The notes under the pieces: generated by a model | What the model saw: only the letters and a program-made list of their open reading frames with translations | Told to the model about the DNA's origin: nothing | Database searches by the model: none | Position numbers and translations under genes: made by a program | NCBI GenBank assembly: GCA_047284725.1 | Contig: JBJBEO010000001.1 | Coordinates: 416,001-480,000 of the forward strand | Source of the DNA: Synechococcus sp. | GTDB lineage: Bacteria > Cyanobacteriota > Cyanobacteriia > PCC-6307 > Cyanobiaceae | Length of the DNA: 64,000 nucleotides | Direction of reading: 5' to 3' | Shown here: positions 1 through 9,325 of the stretch, one piece after another | Numbering within the stretch: position 1 is the first letter of the stretch | Layout of the letters: every line of letters starts with the position of its first letter

Positions 1-198
1 CATGCACCGATCCGCTCGGTAGTTGCTCAGTCCTCCATTGATCGATTCGGCTCGCAACCGTGCCAGATTGGCTGCCTTGGTCTGCGAAACAGGCATCGCG
101 GCGGCCTGGGCCCGACAGATGTTCGGAGCCAGCAACGTGTGAGAGGTCAGCAGCAGGCTCGCCACCGCCAGGGTTCGTGGGTGGGATAACAGCACCAT
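1..198 (-). CDS. Conserved hypothetical secreted protein, runs off window start
   Basis: Manual translation MVLLSHPRTLAVASLLL...AANLARLRAESINGGLSNYRADRCM; hydrophobic N-terminus, no stop before position 1. Confidence 0.6.
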   Translation of the reverse strand, partial: MVLLSHPRTLAVASLLLTSHTLLAPNICRAQAAAMPVSQTKAANLARLRAESINGGLSNYRADRCM

Positions 199-303
199 GG
201 CGCTATCAGACTGGATTCCATCTTGGGACTGATCGATCGGCGACGGGTGAACTCTGCAGCCACAGGTTTGAGCAGATGTGTCTGCTGGAGGGGCGTCAAC
301 CGC

Positions 304-648
304 TTAACCACAGACCCAGGTTTTTTGCTCTTCCGTACAGGGGAGATTGGTCGTGGTGCCGTCTTCCCAGTAAATGCGCAGGCGATCGTCGAGACTCCCG
401 AGCCGCAACGTGAGGGATTTCACCGGGCCAGGTGGTGTTTTGTCGTTGGGATCGGACGTGCCGTCTGAACCATTGACAACACGGCGTTCGAGCTGTTGAA
501 GCCGGTAGTCAAGACGTTTGATCGCTTCGCTCTGGTCGATGCTGTTGGGATCGGATGGGCTCGATGTACAGCCCGCCAGAGCGAATGCAATCACGCCATA
601 GGCGCTGACGAGTCCCAGTCCTGGGCGTTGGCAAGGGGCCTGGGTCAT
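304..648 (-). CDS. Hypothetical lipoprotein
   Basis: Lipobox-like LAGC after a hydrophobic stretch; coiled segment; Cys pair at the C-terminus. Confidence 0.7.
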   Translation of the reverse strand: MTQAPCQRPGLGLVSAYGVIAFALAGCTSSPSDPNSIDQSEAIKRLDYRLQQLERRVVNGSDGTSDPNDKTPPGPVKSLTLRLGSLDDRLRIYWEDGTTTNLPCTEEQKTWVCG

Positions 649-679
649 GGCAATCAGGAGGTGGGCACAGTCTGCTGCC

Positions 680-820
680 TCAGCCGTGATGCACCAGCCG
701 TTCGCTCCAATACACCACAGCGCCTTGAGCTTCCAGCTCTGCGCGGCGATGGCGGGCGCGTTGAAAAGGAACAGTTTCCTCCAGGCGTTGACCGGAATGG
801 AGCCAGCGGATCAGGACCAC
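680..820 (-). CDS. Small hypothetical protein (46 aa, GTG start)
   Basis: Manual translation MVLIRWLHSGQRLEETVPFQRARHRRAELEAQGAVVYWSERLVHHG; resembles small Synechococcus proteins I recall; below ORF-track cutoff. Confidence 0.6.
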   Translation of the reverse strand: MVLIRWLHSGQRLEETVPFQRARHRRAELEAQGAVVYWSERLVHHG

Positions 821-996
821 GCGTTCACCGAATCGCAACCTGAGAATCTTAAGTCTTTATTTGATTCTGGTGTTCGTGTTGCCGCTGCGCCTTCGGGTCA
901 ATCCGGGGGGTGGCGGCCTGGGCGGCTTCGGTGGACCAGGCAAGACCCGTTGCAGCAGGCGGGGCCGCGGCCTGACGAGGAAATGATTGCGGAAGC

Positions 997-1088
997 GTTA
1001 CAGCGCTCAATCTTCCGTTACAATGGCTTTGGCAGGGCATTCCTGCCCTTCCGTAACCGTCTCTTCGGAGACCTTCTTTTCCGTTCTC
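997..1088 (+). promoter_or_regulatory. psbA promoter and structured 5' UTR
   Basis: TACAAT -10-like box at 1019-1024; GTTACA at 997 and 1017; hairpins GGCAGG-GCATT-CCTGCC and GTCTC-TTCG-GAGAC. Confidence 0.5.
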
Positions 1089-2168
1089 ATGACCACCACC
1101 ATTCAGCAGCGCTCCGGCGCCACTGGCTGGCAGCAGTTCTGCGAGTGGGTCACCTCCACCAACAACCGCCTCTATGTGGGCTGGTTCGGTGTGCTGATGA
1201 TCCCCACCCTGCTGGCCGCCACCACCTGCTTCATCGTTGCGTTCATCGCAGCACCCCCCGTCGACATCGACGGCATCCGTGAGCCCGTTGCTGGCTCTCT
1301 GATTTATGGCAACAACATCATCTCCGGTGCTGTTGTTCCTTCCTCCAACGCCATCGGCCTGCACTTCTATCCCATCTGGGAAGCGGCTTCTCTCGATGAG
1401 TGGCTGTACAACGGCGGTCCCTACCAGCTGGTTGTCTTCCACTTCCTGATCGGCATCTTCTGCTACATGGGTCGCGAGTGGGAACTCTCCTACCGCCTCG
1501 GCATGCGCCCCTGGATCTGCGTTGCCTACAGCGCACCTGTGGCTGCTGCTTCTGCAGTGTTCCTGGTCTACCCCTTCGGTCAGGGTTCCTTCTCTGACGG
1601 CATGCCCCTGGGCATCTCCGGCACCTTCAACTTCATGCTGGTGTTCCAGGCCGAGCACAACATCCTGATGCACCCCTTCCACATGCTGGGTGTGGCTGGT
1701 GTTTTCGGCGGCAGCCTGTTCTCCGCCATGCACGGCTCCCTGGTGACCTCCTCCCTGGTGCGTGAAACCACCGAGAGCGAGTCCCAGAACTACGGCTACA
1801 AGTTCGGCCAAGAGGAAGAGACCTATAACATCGTGGCTGCCCACGGTTACTTCGGTCGCCTGATCTTCCAATACGCTTCCTTCAACAACAGCCGCAGCCT
1901 TCACTTCTTCCTGGCTGCCTGGCCTGTCGTTGGCATCTGGTTCACTGCCCTGGGCGTCAGCACCATGGCCTTCAACCTGAACGGTTTCAACTTCAACCAG
2001 TCCATCCTTGATGGTCAGGGCCGCGTCCTGAACACCTGGGCTGATGTGCTGAACCGCGCCAACCTCGGCATGGAAGTGATGCACGAGCGCAACGCTCACA
2101 ACTTCCCCCTCGACCTGGCTGCTGCCGAGTCCACTCCTGTGGCTCTGCAGGCTCCTGCCATCGGCTGA
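1089..2168 (+). CDS. psbA: Photosystem II D1 protein, Glu130 (D1:2-type) form
   Basis: MTTTIQQR...[15 protein letters not shown]...[17 protein letters not shown]...[13 protein letters not shown]; 359 aa. Confidence 0.99.
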   Translation: MTTTIQQRSGATGWQQFCEWVTSTNNRLYVGWFGVLMIPTLLAATTCFIVAFIAAPPVDIDGIREPVAGSLIYGNNIISGAVVPSSNAIGLHFYPIWEAASLDEWLYNGGPYQLVVFHFLIGIFCYMGREWELSYRLGMRPWICVAYSAPVAAASAVFLVYPFGQGSFSDGMPLGISGTFNFMLVFQAEHNILMHPFHMLGVAGVFGGSLFSAMHGSLVTSSLVRETTESESQNYGYKFGQEEETYNIVAAHGYFGRLIFQYASFNNSRSLHFFLAAWPVVGIWFTALGVSTMAFNLNGFNFNQSILDGQGRVLNTWADVLNRANLGMEVMHERNAHNFPLDLAAAESTPVALQAPAIG

Positions 2169-2207
2169 GGCTGAAGTCTCAAAGAGATTCAGCTGCGGTT
2201 GAATCGC

Positions 2208-2238
2208 AAAGCCCCCGCCGTCTGGTGGGGGCTTTTTG
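2208..2238 (+). terminator. Intrinsic terminator after psbA
   Basis: AAAGCCCCCGCC-GTCT-GGTGGGGGCTTTTT. Confidence 0.85.
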
Positions 2239-2273
2239 TAGTTTTGTCGCCTCGCCATTCACTCAAGACACGA

Positions 2274-3221
2274 ATGTTGTCTCTGGTCCTGCCGATCTGT
2301 CTTGCCTTCGTGATGTTCTCGCTGGGGATCAGCCTGCGGCCATCGGATTTCAGAGTGGCGTTACGTCAGCCAAAAACGCTTCTCGCCGGAGCCTTGGCTC
2401 AAATGGTGCTCTTGCCAGTCGTGGCCTATGGCCTGGTCTGCTTGTTCGGTCTCACCGATGAACTCGCGATCGGCGTGATGGTGCTCAGCTGTTGCCCTGG
2501 AGGGGTGACCTCGAACCTGTTCACCCGCTTCGCTCGCGGGGATGTGGCTCTATCGATCTCGTACACCGCCTTGGCCAGTGTGCTGACGGCAGTCACCCTT
2601 CCCTTGATTCTTGGTCTGGTCTCAGGGCCCTTGATGCCTGACCTCGACACCAGCATTTCGACGTTGCCTCTCAGCTTCAAGATGCTCTCGATCGCCACCC
2701 TGCCCGTGGTGATTGGCGTCTTCTGCAATCAGTGGAAGCCTGGCCTGTGTCTGGCGATGCGTCCCTTGTGCGACCGATTCGCCAATGTGATGCTTGTGCT
2801 GGTGATTATCGGCGCTGTTGCGAGTCAGTGGGCGCTGTTCGTTGGCAACCTCCAGGCTCTTGGACCGCTGCTGCTGCTGCTCAACCTCCTGATGCTCGGC
2901 ATTGGTCTTGGAGTGGGAACCCTGCTGGCGTTGCCCCAGGCGCAGGTGACAACGCTGGCCATTGAAAGCGGTTTCCAGAACGGAACCGTTGGCATTGTCG
3001 TTGGGACACTCCTCTCTCCCTTGGTGCTCGGAGATCAGTTGTCAGGGTTCAGTCTTCCGTCTGCCATCTACGGCGTGTTGATGCAATTCACAGTCATTCC
3101 CTTTGTGGTCTGGCGTCGTTTTTCTGCTCCGACCCTGTCCCTCAGGGAATGGAGCAGCGATCACACCGCCCCCATGCATGAACGGTTGTCGACATCAACG
3201 TCTGTCAGTGCCCGACGTTGA
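2274..3221 (+). CDS. Bile acid:sodium symporter (BASS) family transporter
   Basis: MFSLGISL, CCPGGVTSN and IESGFQN motifs; multiple TM helices. Confidence 0.9.
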   Translation: MLSLVLPICLAFVMFSLGISLRPSDFRVALRQPKTLLAGALAQMVLLPVVAYGLVCLFGLTDELAIGVMVLSCCPGGVTSNLFTRFARGDVALSISYTALASVLTAVTLPLILGLVSGPLMPDLDTSISTLPLSFKMLSIATLPVVIGVFCNQWKPGLCLAMRPLCDRFANVMLVLVIIGAVASQWALFVGNLQALGPLLLLLNLLMLGIGLGVGTLLALPQAQVTTLAIESGFQNGTVGIVVGTLLSPLVLGDQLSGFSLPSAIYGVLMQFTVIPFVVWRRFSAPTLSLREWSSDHTAPMHERLSTSTSVSARR

Positions 3222-4430
3222 TGGATGGGTCTGAGCAGCGCTGCTGTCTTCAATCTGATCGTTTGGAACAGGCTGTTCAGTTGTTGCTTGGATGCTGTCT
3301 TGAACCGTTTTGACCTCGGGTTCCAGGCTTGTTTCGGTGGCCTCCTCTCGCTGCGGTGTCGGTTCCTTCAACACAGGCAGGGGCGGGATCGTCAGGATCG
3401 GCGGTGATGGCGGTGATGGCGGTGGTGGTCCCACCACTTCCACTGCTGTGCGCTCCACCACCAGTCGGAATGGGGTGGAATAACGTCGATTGATTTCCTT
3501 TTGCACCGCTGTCACCTGCGCGAAGGTGGGCAGCTTGGGGTCGGCAACCCTGACCAGGGCTCGAATCTCAGGATTCGGTTTTGACCAGTCGATCCGTACG
3601 GACTCCAGTTCAACAGCTTCACTTTCCGGGATGCCGCTCACCTCGCCGAAGGTGATCGTTTCATTGCGTAGAAAGCGACGAATCGTCTCTGCCACTTGCT
3701 CACGGGTGGTGTCTTGATACCTGGCATTCAGCAGGCTCACGAAGCCACTGCCGAGGGGAACCACCAGTAACCCCGTGAGCGCGAAACTCGCTGCGCTGAG
3801 GTGACTACGGGTGAGTTGATCGCGAAACAGGGGGTCCTTCCAGGCCATCAGCACGAGTCCTCCAGTCAGGATCCCCAGGAGGTTCGTGCAGAAGAGCAGA
3901 CCGGCTCCCGCAGCGAGCTGCCAGTTCTGCTGAGACAGCAAAAGACCCATCACGCAGACCGGAGGGACCAGTGCCACCGCGATCGCCGTGCCGGCGAGTG
4001 AACTCACCGCGTCACTGCGCAGTTTGGCGTACGTCGCCAAGCCACCAGCGACCAGGGCAATGCCGAGGTCGAGCAGATTGGGGCTGGTGCGTGCGGCGAC
4101 TTCGCTGCCGAACTGGGGCAGGGCGACCAGGGTGCCCAAGAGGGTGGAGAGAAGGGTGGTTAGAAAGACCCCCAAGGCCAGGGTTGTGAGAGATCGGCTC
4201 AGCAATCGAACGCTGCCGAACAGAACAGCGAAGGAGCCGGCTCTGAGGGGCAGAATCCAAGGAGCCACCACCATCGCCCCAATCACCACAGCGGCGCTGT
4301 TGGCCAGAAGCCCAAGTGTGGCGATCAGGCTCGCCCCGATTGTGAGCACGACGAAGGCTTCGTCGAGCTCGGCATCTCGGCGGTAACTGCGGTGAAGCCT
4401 CTCGAGCTTCTCCGGCTCCATCCCGCTCAT
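3195..4430 (-). CDS. DUF389-family membrane protein
   Basis: IATLGLLANSAAVVIGAMVVAP, RTSPNLLDLGIAL and GTAIAVALVPP motifs; Pro-rich tail. Confidence 0.9.
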   Translation of the reverse strand: MSGMEPEKLERLHRSYRRDAELDEAFVVLTIGASLIATLGLLANSAAVVIGAMVVAPWILPLRAGSFAVLFGSVRLLSRSLTTLALGVFLTTLLSTLLGTLVALPQFGSEVAARTSPNLLDLGIALVAGGLATYAKLRSDAVSSLAGTAIAVALVPPVCVMGLLLSQQNWQLAAGAGLLFCTNLLGILTGGLVLMAWKDPLFRDQLTRSHLSAASFALTGLLVVPLGSGFVSLLNARYQDTTREQVAETIRRFLRNETITFGEVSGIPESEAVELESVRIDWSKPNPEIRALVRVADPKLPTFAQVTAVQKEINRRYSTPFRLVVERTAVEVVGPPPPSPPSPPILTIPPLPVLKEPTPQREEATETSLEPEVKTVQDSIQATTEQPVPNDQIEDSSAAQTHPSTSGTDRR

Positions 4431-4540
4431 GGCGTGTTCGTTGAGACGGTCTCAGTCTGATTCAGGTGCGTTTGAACGCACAGTCATTGCGGTGCTTTGA
4501 TGAGCCATGAATGGCTGGCGACCATGGCCGTCAAGCGTCC

Positions 4541-4924
4541 TCAGAATTTGTTGGCCCGCATCCATCCAATGGTGCCTGCTTGTGCATTGCTGGAGGCTGT
4601 TTGGCTGGATTGGTTTTGGACAACCCGTACTTGATACCAAAGTCCTCTCTGCCCTGAAAGCGTGCGATTCACAGTCTGCAGGAGTTCGACGAAAGAACCA
4701 CTGGCCACTAACCCTTGCGCATGGTTTGGACATCCCTTGCTGACCGACGGAACGGAGGCGGGTGTTTGTCCTCCGCAGTTGTGAAGGAAGGCCGCTGATT
4801 TTGTTTCCAGCACATGTGGATGATGGCCTGGATAGGGGTGAGCGATTCCTGCACCATGCAGTAACGCTGTCACAGTGAGCCCTCCAAGAAGCCCTTTCTG
4901 CAAGCACTGGGTCAGGTGAGACAT
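4541..4924 (-). CDS. Secreted hypothetical protein, SH3b-like C-terminus
   Basis: Signal-like N-terminus; WYQVRV...GWM pattern. Confidence 0.55.
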   Translation of the reverse strand: MSHLTQCLQKGLLGGLTVTALLHGAGIAHPYPGHHPHVLETKSAAFLHNCGGQTPASVPSVSKGCPNHAQGLVASGSFVELLQTVNRTLSGQRGLWYQVRVVQNQSSQTASSNAQAGTIGWMRANKF

Positions 4925-5196
4925 TGTTTGGGTGTCCGTTCTCTTCACTAAGCCGAGACTATCCAGCCTGGATTGCAAAAACATGTCAGCTTTCCGCCCA
5001 CATATGACTGAGTACGCCTGCTGGGCTGGTCGCGAGCAGTTCAGCACTCAGCAGTCACTCAGCCTCACCCTGCGGTTGATCCAGCTCTGACACCTCCCTG
5101 AAGCACGTGCAGTCAGTTCAGTGCAGTCAATGGGCACAATTTGCGCAATAAGCGGCTACATCGTGCCCAGCCTGTCTCAGAACCACGGGGGTAACG

Positions 5197-5240
5197 AAAG
5201 CCGATGACCTGACTTGAACAGGCGACCCACGCTTTACGAA
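5197..5240. repeat. att core distal to the tRNA: 44-bp duplicate of the tRNA-Thr 3' half
   Basis: AAAGCCGATGACCTGACTTGAACAGGCGACCCACGCTTTACGAA identical to 21926-21969; flanking bases differ on both sides. Confidence 0.97.
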
Positions 5241-5285
5241 GGCATAATCAAGCCCAGTCAGGGACTGAAGAATCCAGTCATAGCC

Positions 5286-5636
5286 TCAATCCTTGTCAAC
5301 GCTGCCGGCAGGAGTCGGCACGGTTTTCGTCAAAAGTGGGCACGCGTGCCCACTGCCCAAAGTGCTGTGGTCGGCAGGGTTAGGCAGGGTTGACACGGGT
5401 GGTGTTTCGGCATCGCTGATGGCCATGGCCACAGCAACGTGTCGCATCGTCATTTCGAGGTGTCTGCCGGTCATCGACAGCAGTAGTGCCCAGGCCTCTG
5501 GATCACCCGATCCCACCAGCCACTCCACTTCACCTTCCAGTTGATCCAGCTCTGACACCACCCGCAAGCACAACTGTTCAACGCAGAGCATCAGCAGCGA
5601 CGGCACACCATCAACCAGTCTGCTGAGTGTGGCCAC
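5286..5636 (-). CDS. Hypothetical protein
   Basis: 116-aa ORF, amphipathic helical pattern; start uncertain. Confidence 0.4.
   Translation of the reverse strand: MATLSRLVDGVPSLLMLCVEQLCLRVVSELDQLEGEVEWLVGSGDPEAWALLLSMTGRHLEMTMRHVAVAMAISDAETPPVSTLPNPADHSTLGSGHACPLLTKTVPTPAGSVDKD
5331..5354. repeat. AGTGGGCAC motif as a perfect 20-bp palindrome (candidate integrase arm site)
   Basis: AGTGGGCACGCGTGCCCACT at 5335-5354; CAAAAGTGGGCACG at 5331-5344 is repeated exactly at 21774-21787. Confidence 0.7.
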
Positions 5637-5853
5637 GCAGGGTTCACCCGTGAGATAATGGGGTCATCGACAGGGCAGCCACAGGCGCCGGTCGATCACC
5701 ACAGCATTCACAACCAATGACCACCACCGATCGCGTGGCGGCTCTCTATCAGCTGTATCTGCAGCTGGATGAGTTGACCACTGCCGAGGAGATGGAGGCG
5801 TATCCATTCCTCGAACACCTTGCCGACCTAATTGAAGATCTGGAGGGAGACGC

Positions 5854-6048
5854 ATGATCTCCTTCTCCTGCCTTCTCGCTTGGGCGGCAGTGCTGATCTG
5901 CCTGCCTGTGATCGTCCTTCTCTGGGCGACCGAATCACGTTCCACCCGCATCAACCGTCTCCGCAAGCGCGGACAGTCGTGGCGTCTCATCGCCGAGCGC
6001 TACGGCGTCAGCCAGTCAACGGTCAGGAAGTGGGCCATAGCTTCCTAA
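5854..6048 (+). CDS. Small membrane-anchored HTH protein
   Basis: Hydrophobic N-terminal helix, then GQSWRLIAERYGVSQSTVRKW; GGAG upstream. Confidence 0.75.
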   Translation: MISFSCLLAWAAVLICLPVIVLLWATESRSTRINRLRKRGQSWRLIAERYGVSQSTVRKWAIAS

Positions 6049-6127
6049 GAATCCTCTGAAGAAATGTGGGGACCTTGCTCTGCAGCACGCTCCCCACGGT
6101 CAAAGTGACGTTGTTTCTTAGAGAATC

Positions 6128-6382
6128 ATGAAAGACCCTGTGACGGGGAATGCGATGCCTCCCGGCTTCACCACCGACGATTTCACCAAGAGTGACCCAA
6201 CACCGCTGGCCATGACTCTGGGCTACTCAAAAGTCGAATGGACTCTCATCGGCATCGGGGATTCAGTGACGCCACCGACAACCAATTTGGTTCCGCACAC
6301 CATCGCCTTGAGCCATCCTTTCAACGATGAACGTCAAGTCACCATGTTCGGAACCGACAGCCTGGATGGTCTTGGCTTCTGA
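6128..6382 (+). CDS. Hypothetical protein
   Basis: 84-aa ATG ORF followed by a terminator. Confidence 0.55.
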   Translation: MKDPVTGNAMPPGFTTDDFTKSDPTPLAMTLGYSKVEWTLIGIGDSVTPPTTNLVPHTIALSHPFNDERQVTMFGTDSLDGLGF

Positions 6383-6408
6383 ACACGCCAGCGGAATGGT
6401 GATTGAAG

Positions 6409-6437
6409 CGCCCCTCTGATACAGGGGCGTTTTTTTG
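6409..6437 (+). terminator. Intrinsic terminator
   Basis: CGCCCCT-CTGATAC-AGGGGCG-TTTTTTT. Confidence 0.8.
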
Positions 6438-6474
6438 CGCCTCTGGAGAATCTCAGGCCAACAGACCCTGACCT

Positions 6475-6850
6475 TCAGTCGATCCCCTTCAATGCTGATC
6501 GCAGCAGCAACAGCAGATCACCCGCAGCAATCTCAACCGGGGCATCCGGTGCCGTCCACGGTGAGATGCCGCCCATCGTGACCTTGGCCCTACCAATGGC
6601 GGCCACCATCGCGATTGATCGCAATTCTGCGTGCGCATCCGTTGCTGACTTCAGTTCCTGCAGATCAGATGGGCTGAAATCTTCGGCTCCATCACACAGC
6701 AATCCCCAAGCTGTTTCACCAAAGGGTGAGGGTCCGGCTGTATCGCCTCCGACCACGGCCGTGGTGCTGATCGCTTGGGCCACTGAATCGAAATCAGAGA
6801 TGTCTGGCTTAGCGAAAACGACAAATAGCGGAAACAGGGCAAGTTGCAAA
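6475..6850 (-). CDS. Hypothetical protein; start uncertain
   Basis: C-terminal part of ORF 6475-7071; the upstream part overlaps the next gene and is probably not coding. Confidence 0.4.
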
Positions 6851-6854
6851 GTGA

Positions 6855-7208
6855 TTAAGGCTTTTTTCTTGACTTGTCTTTCCCTTCGGTAATTGATTGA
6901 TACAACGCGGCAATTAAAACACACACCGCAAGGATTAGGCAGCCCCAGTAAATAATGCTGACTACAGTTCCAACAAGTAATTTGAAGATTGAAGGGGCTA
7001 CTATGTCGAGAAGTATTGCTGCCGTAAAAGTGCTCAGCATTAACCAGTAGCGCTTTCTCCAAAATTTCCATATACGAGCCCTAAACCTGTTGTCTTCTTC
7101 AGATTCAGAAGCCAACTTGAAAAGCCGCAAAGAGTTCTTCACCAGATTTTTTGCCCATTGCGCCGTCACATCTGAACCTTTCCGTACGTATACCAGTCTG
7201 CAGAGCAA
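6855..7208 (-). CDS. Low-GC hypothetical membrane protein (2 TM)
   Basis: Two hydrophobic helices flanked by basic residues; AT-rich DNA. Confidence 0.55.
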   Translation of the reverse strand: MLCRLVYVRKGSDVTAQWAKNLVKNSLRLFKLASESEEDNRFRARIWKFWRKRYWLMLSTFTAAILLDIVAPSIFKLLVGTVVSIIYWGCLILAVCVLIAALYQSITEGKDKSRKKP

Positions 7209-7250
7209 AGTGGCATTAAGGAGGATGTTGAACGCACTAGCCGATCCCCT

Positions 7251-7625
7251 TCAGCGCAACCGCGACAACAGCTGACGCGTCAGCAGCGCCACATCCTGCA
7301 GCGTCAATGGCACCAGCTCATCTGCATCGCTCATCTCAGATACCTGCTTCAACGCCTCTCTGATTCGCCCTAATGCCTGCAGCGTTGCCGCTGCTCTCAT
7401 CTCTGGATGTGCCTCAACCGTGTCCATAAATTCCCGCAGATCGCTCAGCATCTGCCCCTGACCTGCGATCACATCCCAGGCGCTGGCCCCCTCAAGAGAA
7501 AGACCATCAATGCCCCCATTGATGGCAGGTGGTTCAGCTGATTCCGCACCTGCCCCCAACGGTGCAGGCGGCGCCGCCGAACCCATCACGTGTGCTGCAA
7601 TCGCTTCTCGCTTGCGTTGGCTCAT
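7251..7625 (-). CDS. Hypothetical helical protein
   Basis: ATGA overlap with the upstream ORF; GAAGGTG upstream. Confidence 0.7.
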   Translation of the reverse strand: MSQRKREAIAAHVMGSAAPPAPLGAGAESAEPPAINGGIDGLSLEGASAWDVIAGQGQMLSDLREFMDTVEAHPEMRAAATLQALGRIREALKQVSEMSDADELVPLTLQDVALLTRQLLSRLR

Positions 7626-8041
7626 GTCGTCACCTTCTCTCGTTTCAGGCGGTTGTAAGCACGCGCCATTCGTTCTTCCAGCGTTGGTTTTGGCCTCCTG
7701 ATCACCACAGCTGGAGTGGGTTGCAACCGACAGCGTTCAAGGTGCGCTTGCAAACAGCGCTGACGGTGAACCTGTGCCTGTTCCTGTCGTTCTTGCATGT
7801 CCCGGTGGAACTGCGCTTCAGCAACGCGGAGGCTCTGAGCTTCAAGCAACTCCAGGGCGTGGCGATTGTCCCCATCCACGTTCAACGCCAGCCGCTTCTC
7901 ACACCAGAAAGCAACTGCCTGTGCCCCGCCATTGCAGAACGCCAGCATCAACACAGTGCGGTGTTGATTCGCTTTGCAGCATCGATATAGCCGTTCGAAC
8001 AGGACGTACAACGGCGGAGGGGGGTTTTTGCCTCTACCCAT
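7622..8041 (-). CDS. Hypothetical protein
   Basis: Starts 3 nt after the upstream stop with GGAGG nearby; its stop overlaps the next start. Confidence 0.6.
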   Translation of the reverse strand: MGRGKNPPPPLYVLFERLYRCCKANQHRTVLMLAFCNGGAQAVAFWCEKRLALNVDGDNRHALELLEAQSLRVAEAQFHRDMQERQEQAQVHRQRCLQAHLERCRLQPTPAVVIRRPKPTLEERMARAYNRLKREKVTT

Positions 8042-8044
8042 CCA

Positions 8045-8260
8045 TCAACCCTCCAACGGCGGGAGGGGCGAAAGCTCCAGCCCGACGAAAGAGGGCATGG
8101 CGCTGGCCTTACGGATGTCGTTGGCCGCAGCATTCGCGTCCAGATACCTAGCTTTCCCTTGCTGAGCCAGGGTCAGCGGATTCAGTGCAGGGCTGCCCGC
8201 TGATCTCTTGTTCGGCACCACCGGGGACCACGGCGCGCCAGGGTCATTCCGCCGTCTCAC
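8045..8260 (-). CDS. Small hypothetical protein (GTG start)
   Basis: GGAGG 5 nt upstream of GTG; first of three tightly linked ORFs. Confidence 0.6.
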   Translation of the reverse strand: MRRRNDPGAPWSPVVPNKRSAGSPALNPLTLAQQGKARYLDANAAANDIRKASAMPSFVGLELSPLPPLEG

Positions 8261-8376
8261 TGATACCTCCAGGCAGGTTGCTGCACCGCGTCAGTCGGTC
8301 CCTTCGCCTTTGGTTCGCTTTGCAGCATCATCCGCCTTCTCTTAGAGCGTCTGAATCGACAAGCGATCAAGACCTA

Positions 8377-8769
8377 GTGATCAAACAGCTGCTCCCCCTC
8401 GCAGTACTACTGCTTGCCAGTTGCAATGCTGCTGCTGGCCCTTACCCCGAGGTGCAGATCACTCGCTGCTACGACGGCGATACCTGCACCAGCAGCACCG
8501 GAGAGAAGATCCGGCTGGCCTGTATCAATACGCCAGAGCTACAAGGGCGCAATGCTGATCCGATTCCAGCGAAAGCTGCACGGGACTATCTGCGTGGCTA
8601 CCTGAAAGGGAAGACCATCACCATCCGCCGCATCGATACCGATCGCTATGGCCGCACCGTGGCGGAGCTGTTTGCGGACGGGGTGAATGTCCAGCAACAG
8701 TTGGATGCGAGCGGGCATGCAGAGGTCTACCACCGTTACGCCAAACAGTGCCCATGGACAAATCACTGA
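8377..8769 (+). CDS. Thermonuclease (SNase)-family lipoprotein
   Basis: LLASC lipobox; YDGDT, KIRLACINTPE and DRYGRTVAE motifs; GTG start at 8377. Confidence 0.9.
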   Translation: MIKQLLPLAVLLLASCNAAAGPYPEVQITRCYDGDTCTSSTGEKIRLACINTPELQGRNADPIPAKAARDYLRGYLKGKTITIRRIDTDRYGRTVAELFADGVNVQQQLDASGHAEVYHRYAKQCPWTNH

Positions 8770-9116
8770 TCCGCACCACACTCGCTGCCATCGCATCCAC
8801 GGCTGCGCTCCTTGCAGTCAGCGAACCGATGGATCCACCAGTGGCCCAGGCCGACACCGTGAAGGATGCGCTCTGCGTCCTTTCCCGCCACGACGACTCC
8901 ATCCCCAGGGAGGAGTTCCGCTGCGACTTCACCCAGCTGCGTGGCAACGTCTACATCAACAGCAAGCGCTGGGCCTTTGCCTTTCCTGATGCCGAAAGGG
9001 GAAAGACCTACAACCGCCAGAACACCGAAGACTTCAAACGCTTCACCCGTGAAGGCCAGTACACGCTGACCGTGTTCGAGTCGGGTGAGAAGCCAAACGA
9101 GACCGGCGGGTTCTGA
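8748..9116 (+). CDS. Secreted hypothetical protein
   Basis: Signal peptide ending AQA; Cys pair; host-like codons. Confidence 0.7.
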   Translation: MPMDKSLIRTTLAAIASTAALLAVSEPMDPPVAQADTVKDALCVLSRHDDSIPREEFRCDFTQLRGNVYINSKRWAFAFPDAERGKTYNRQNTEDFKRFTREGQYTLTVFESGEKPNETGGF

Positions 9117-9325
9117 TCGGTTGGAACGCAAAAACCAGCTCAGGCTCTGCAACTCACTGATCAAGGCTTCAATCAGACACTTGAGCCTGCGACTCCGCTT
9201 CTTCCTTGAGGCCCTGGGTGAGCAGGGAATCCGATCGCAATAATTAAGAATACAAAATTCGGCCACTGACGCAAAGGCATTCGGGGAGTTAGCCGTCAAA
9301 ATTAAAAATTATACGCAATCATCTA

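Noticed and set aside
661..668. Isolated GTGGGCAC copies (also at about 15219 and 36582)
   Set aside because: Single 8-mers without the A-rich prefix or clustering are expected by chance at this GC content
849..2258. 469-aa antisense ORF over psbA, and similar long antisense ORFs over rpoB, rpoC1, rpoC2, hisD and purB
   Set aside because: Shadow frames caused by codon bias in GC-rich, highly expressed genes
5197..5240. Second tRNA gene
   Set aside because: Only the 3' half is present; it is the att duplication
8000..8130. Two GAAA-loop hairpins suggesting a c-di-GMP riboswitch or ribozyme
   Set aside because: Conserved core motifs are missing, and the region is explained by coupled minus-strand ORFs with SD sequences
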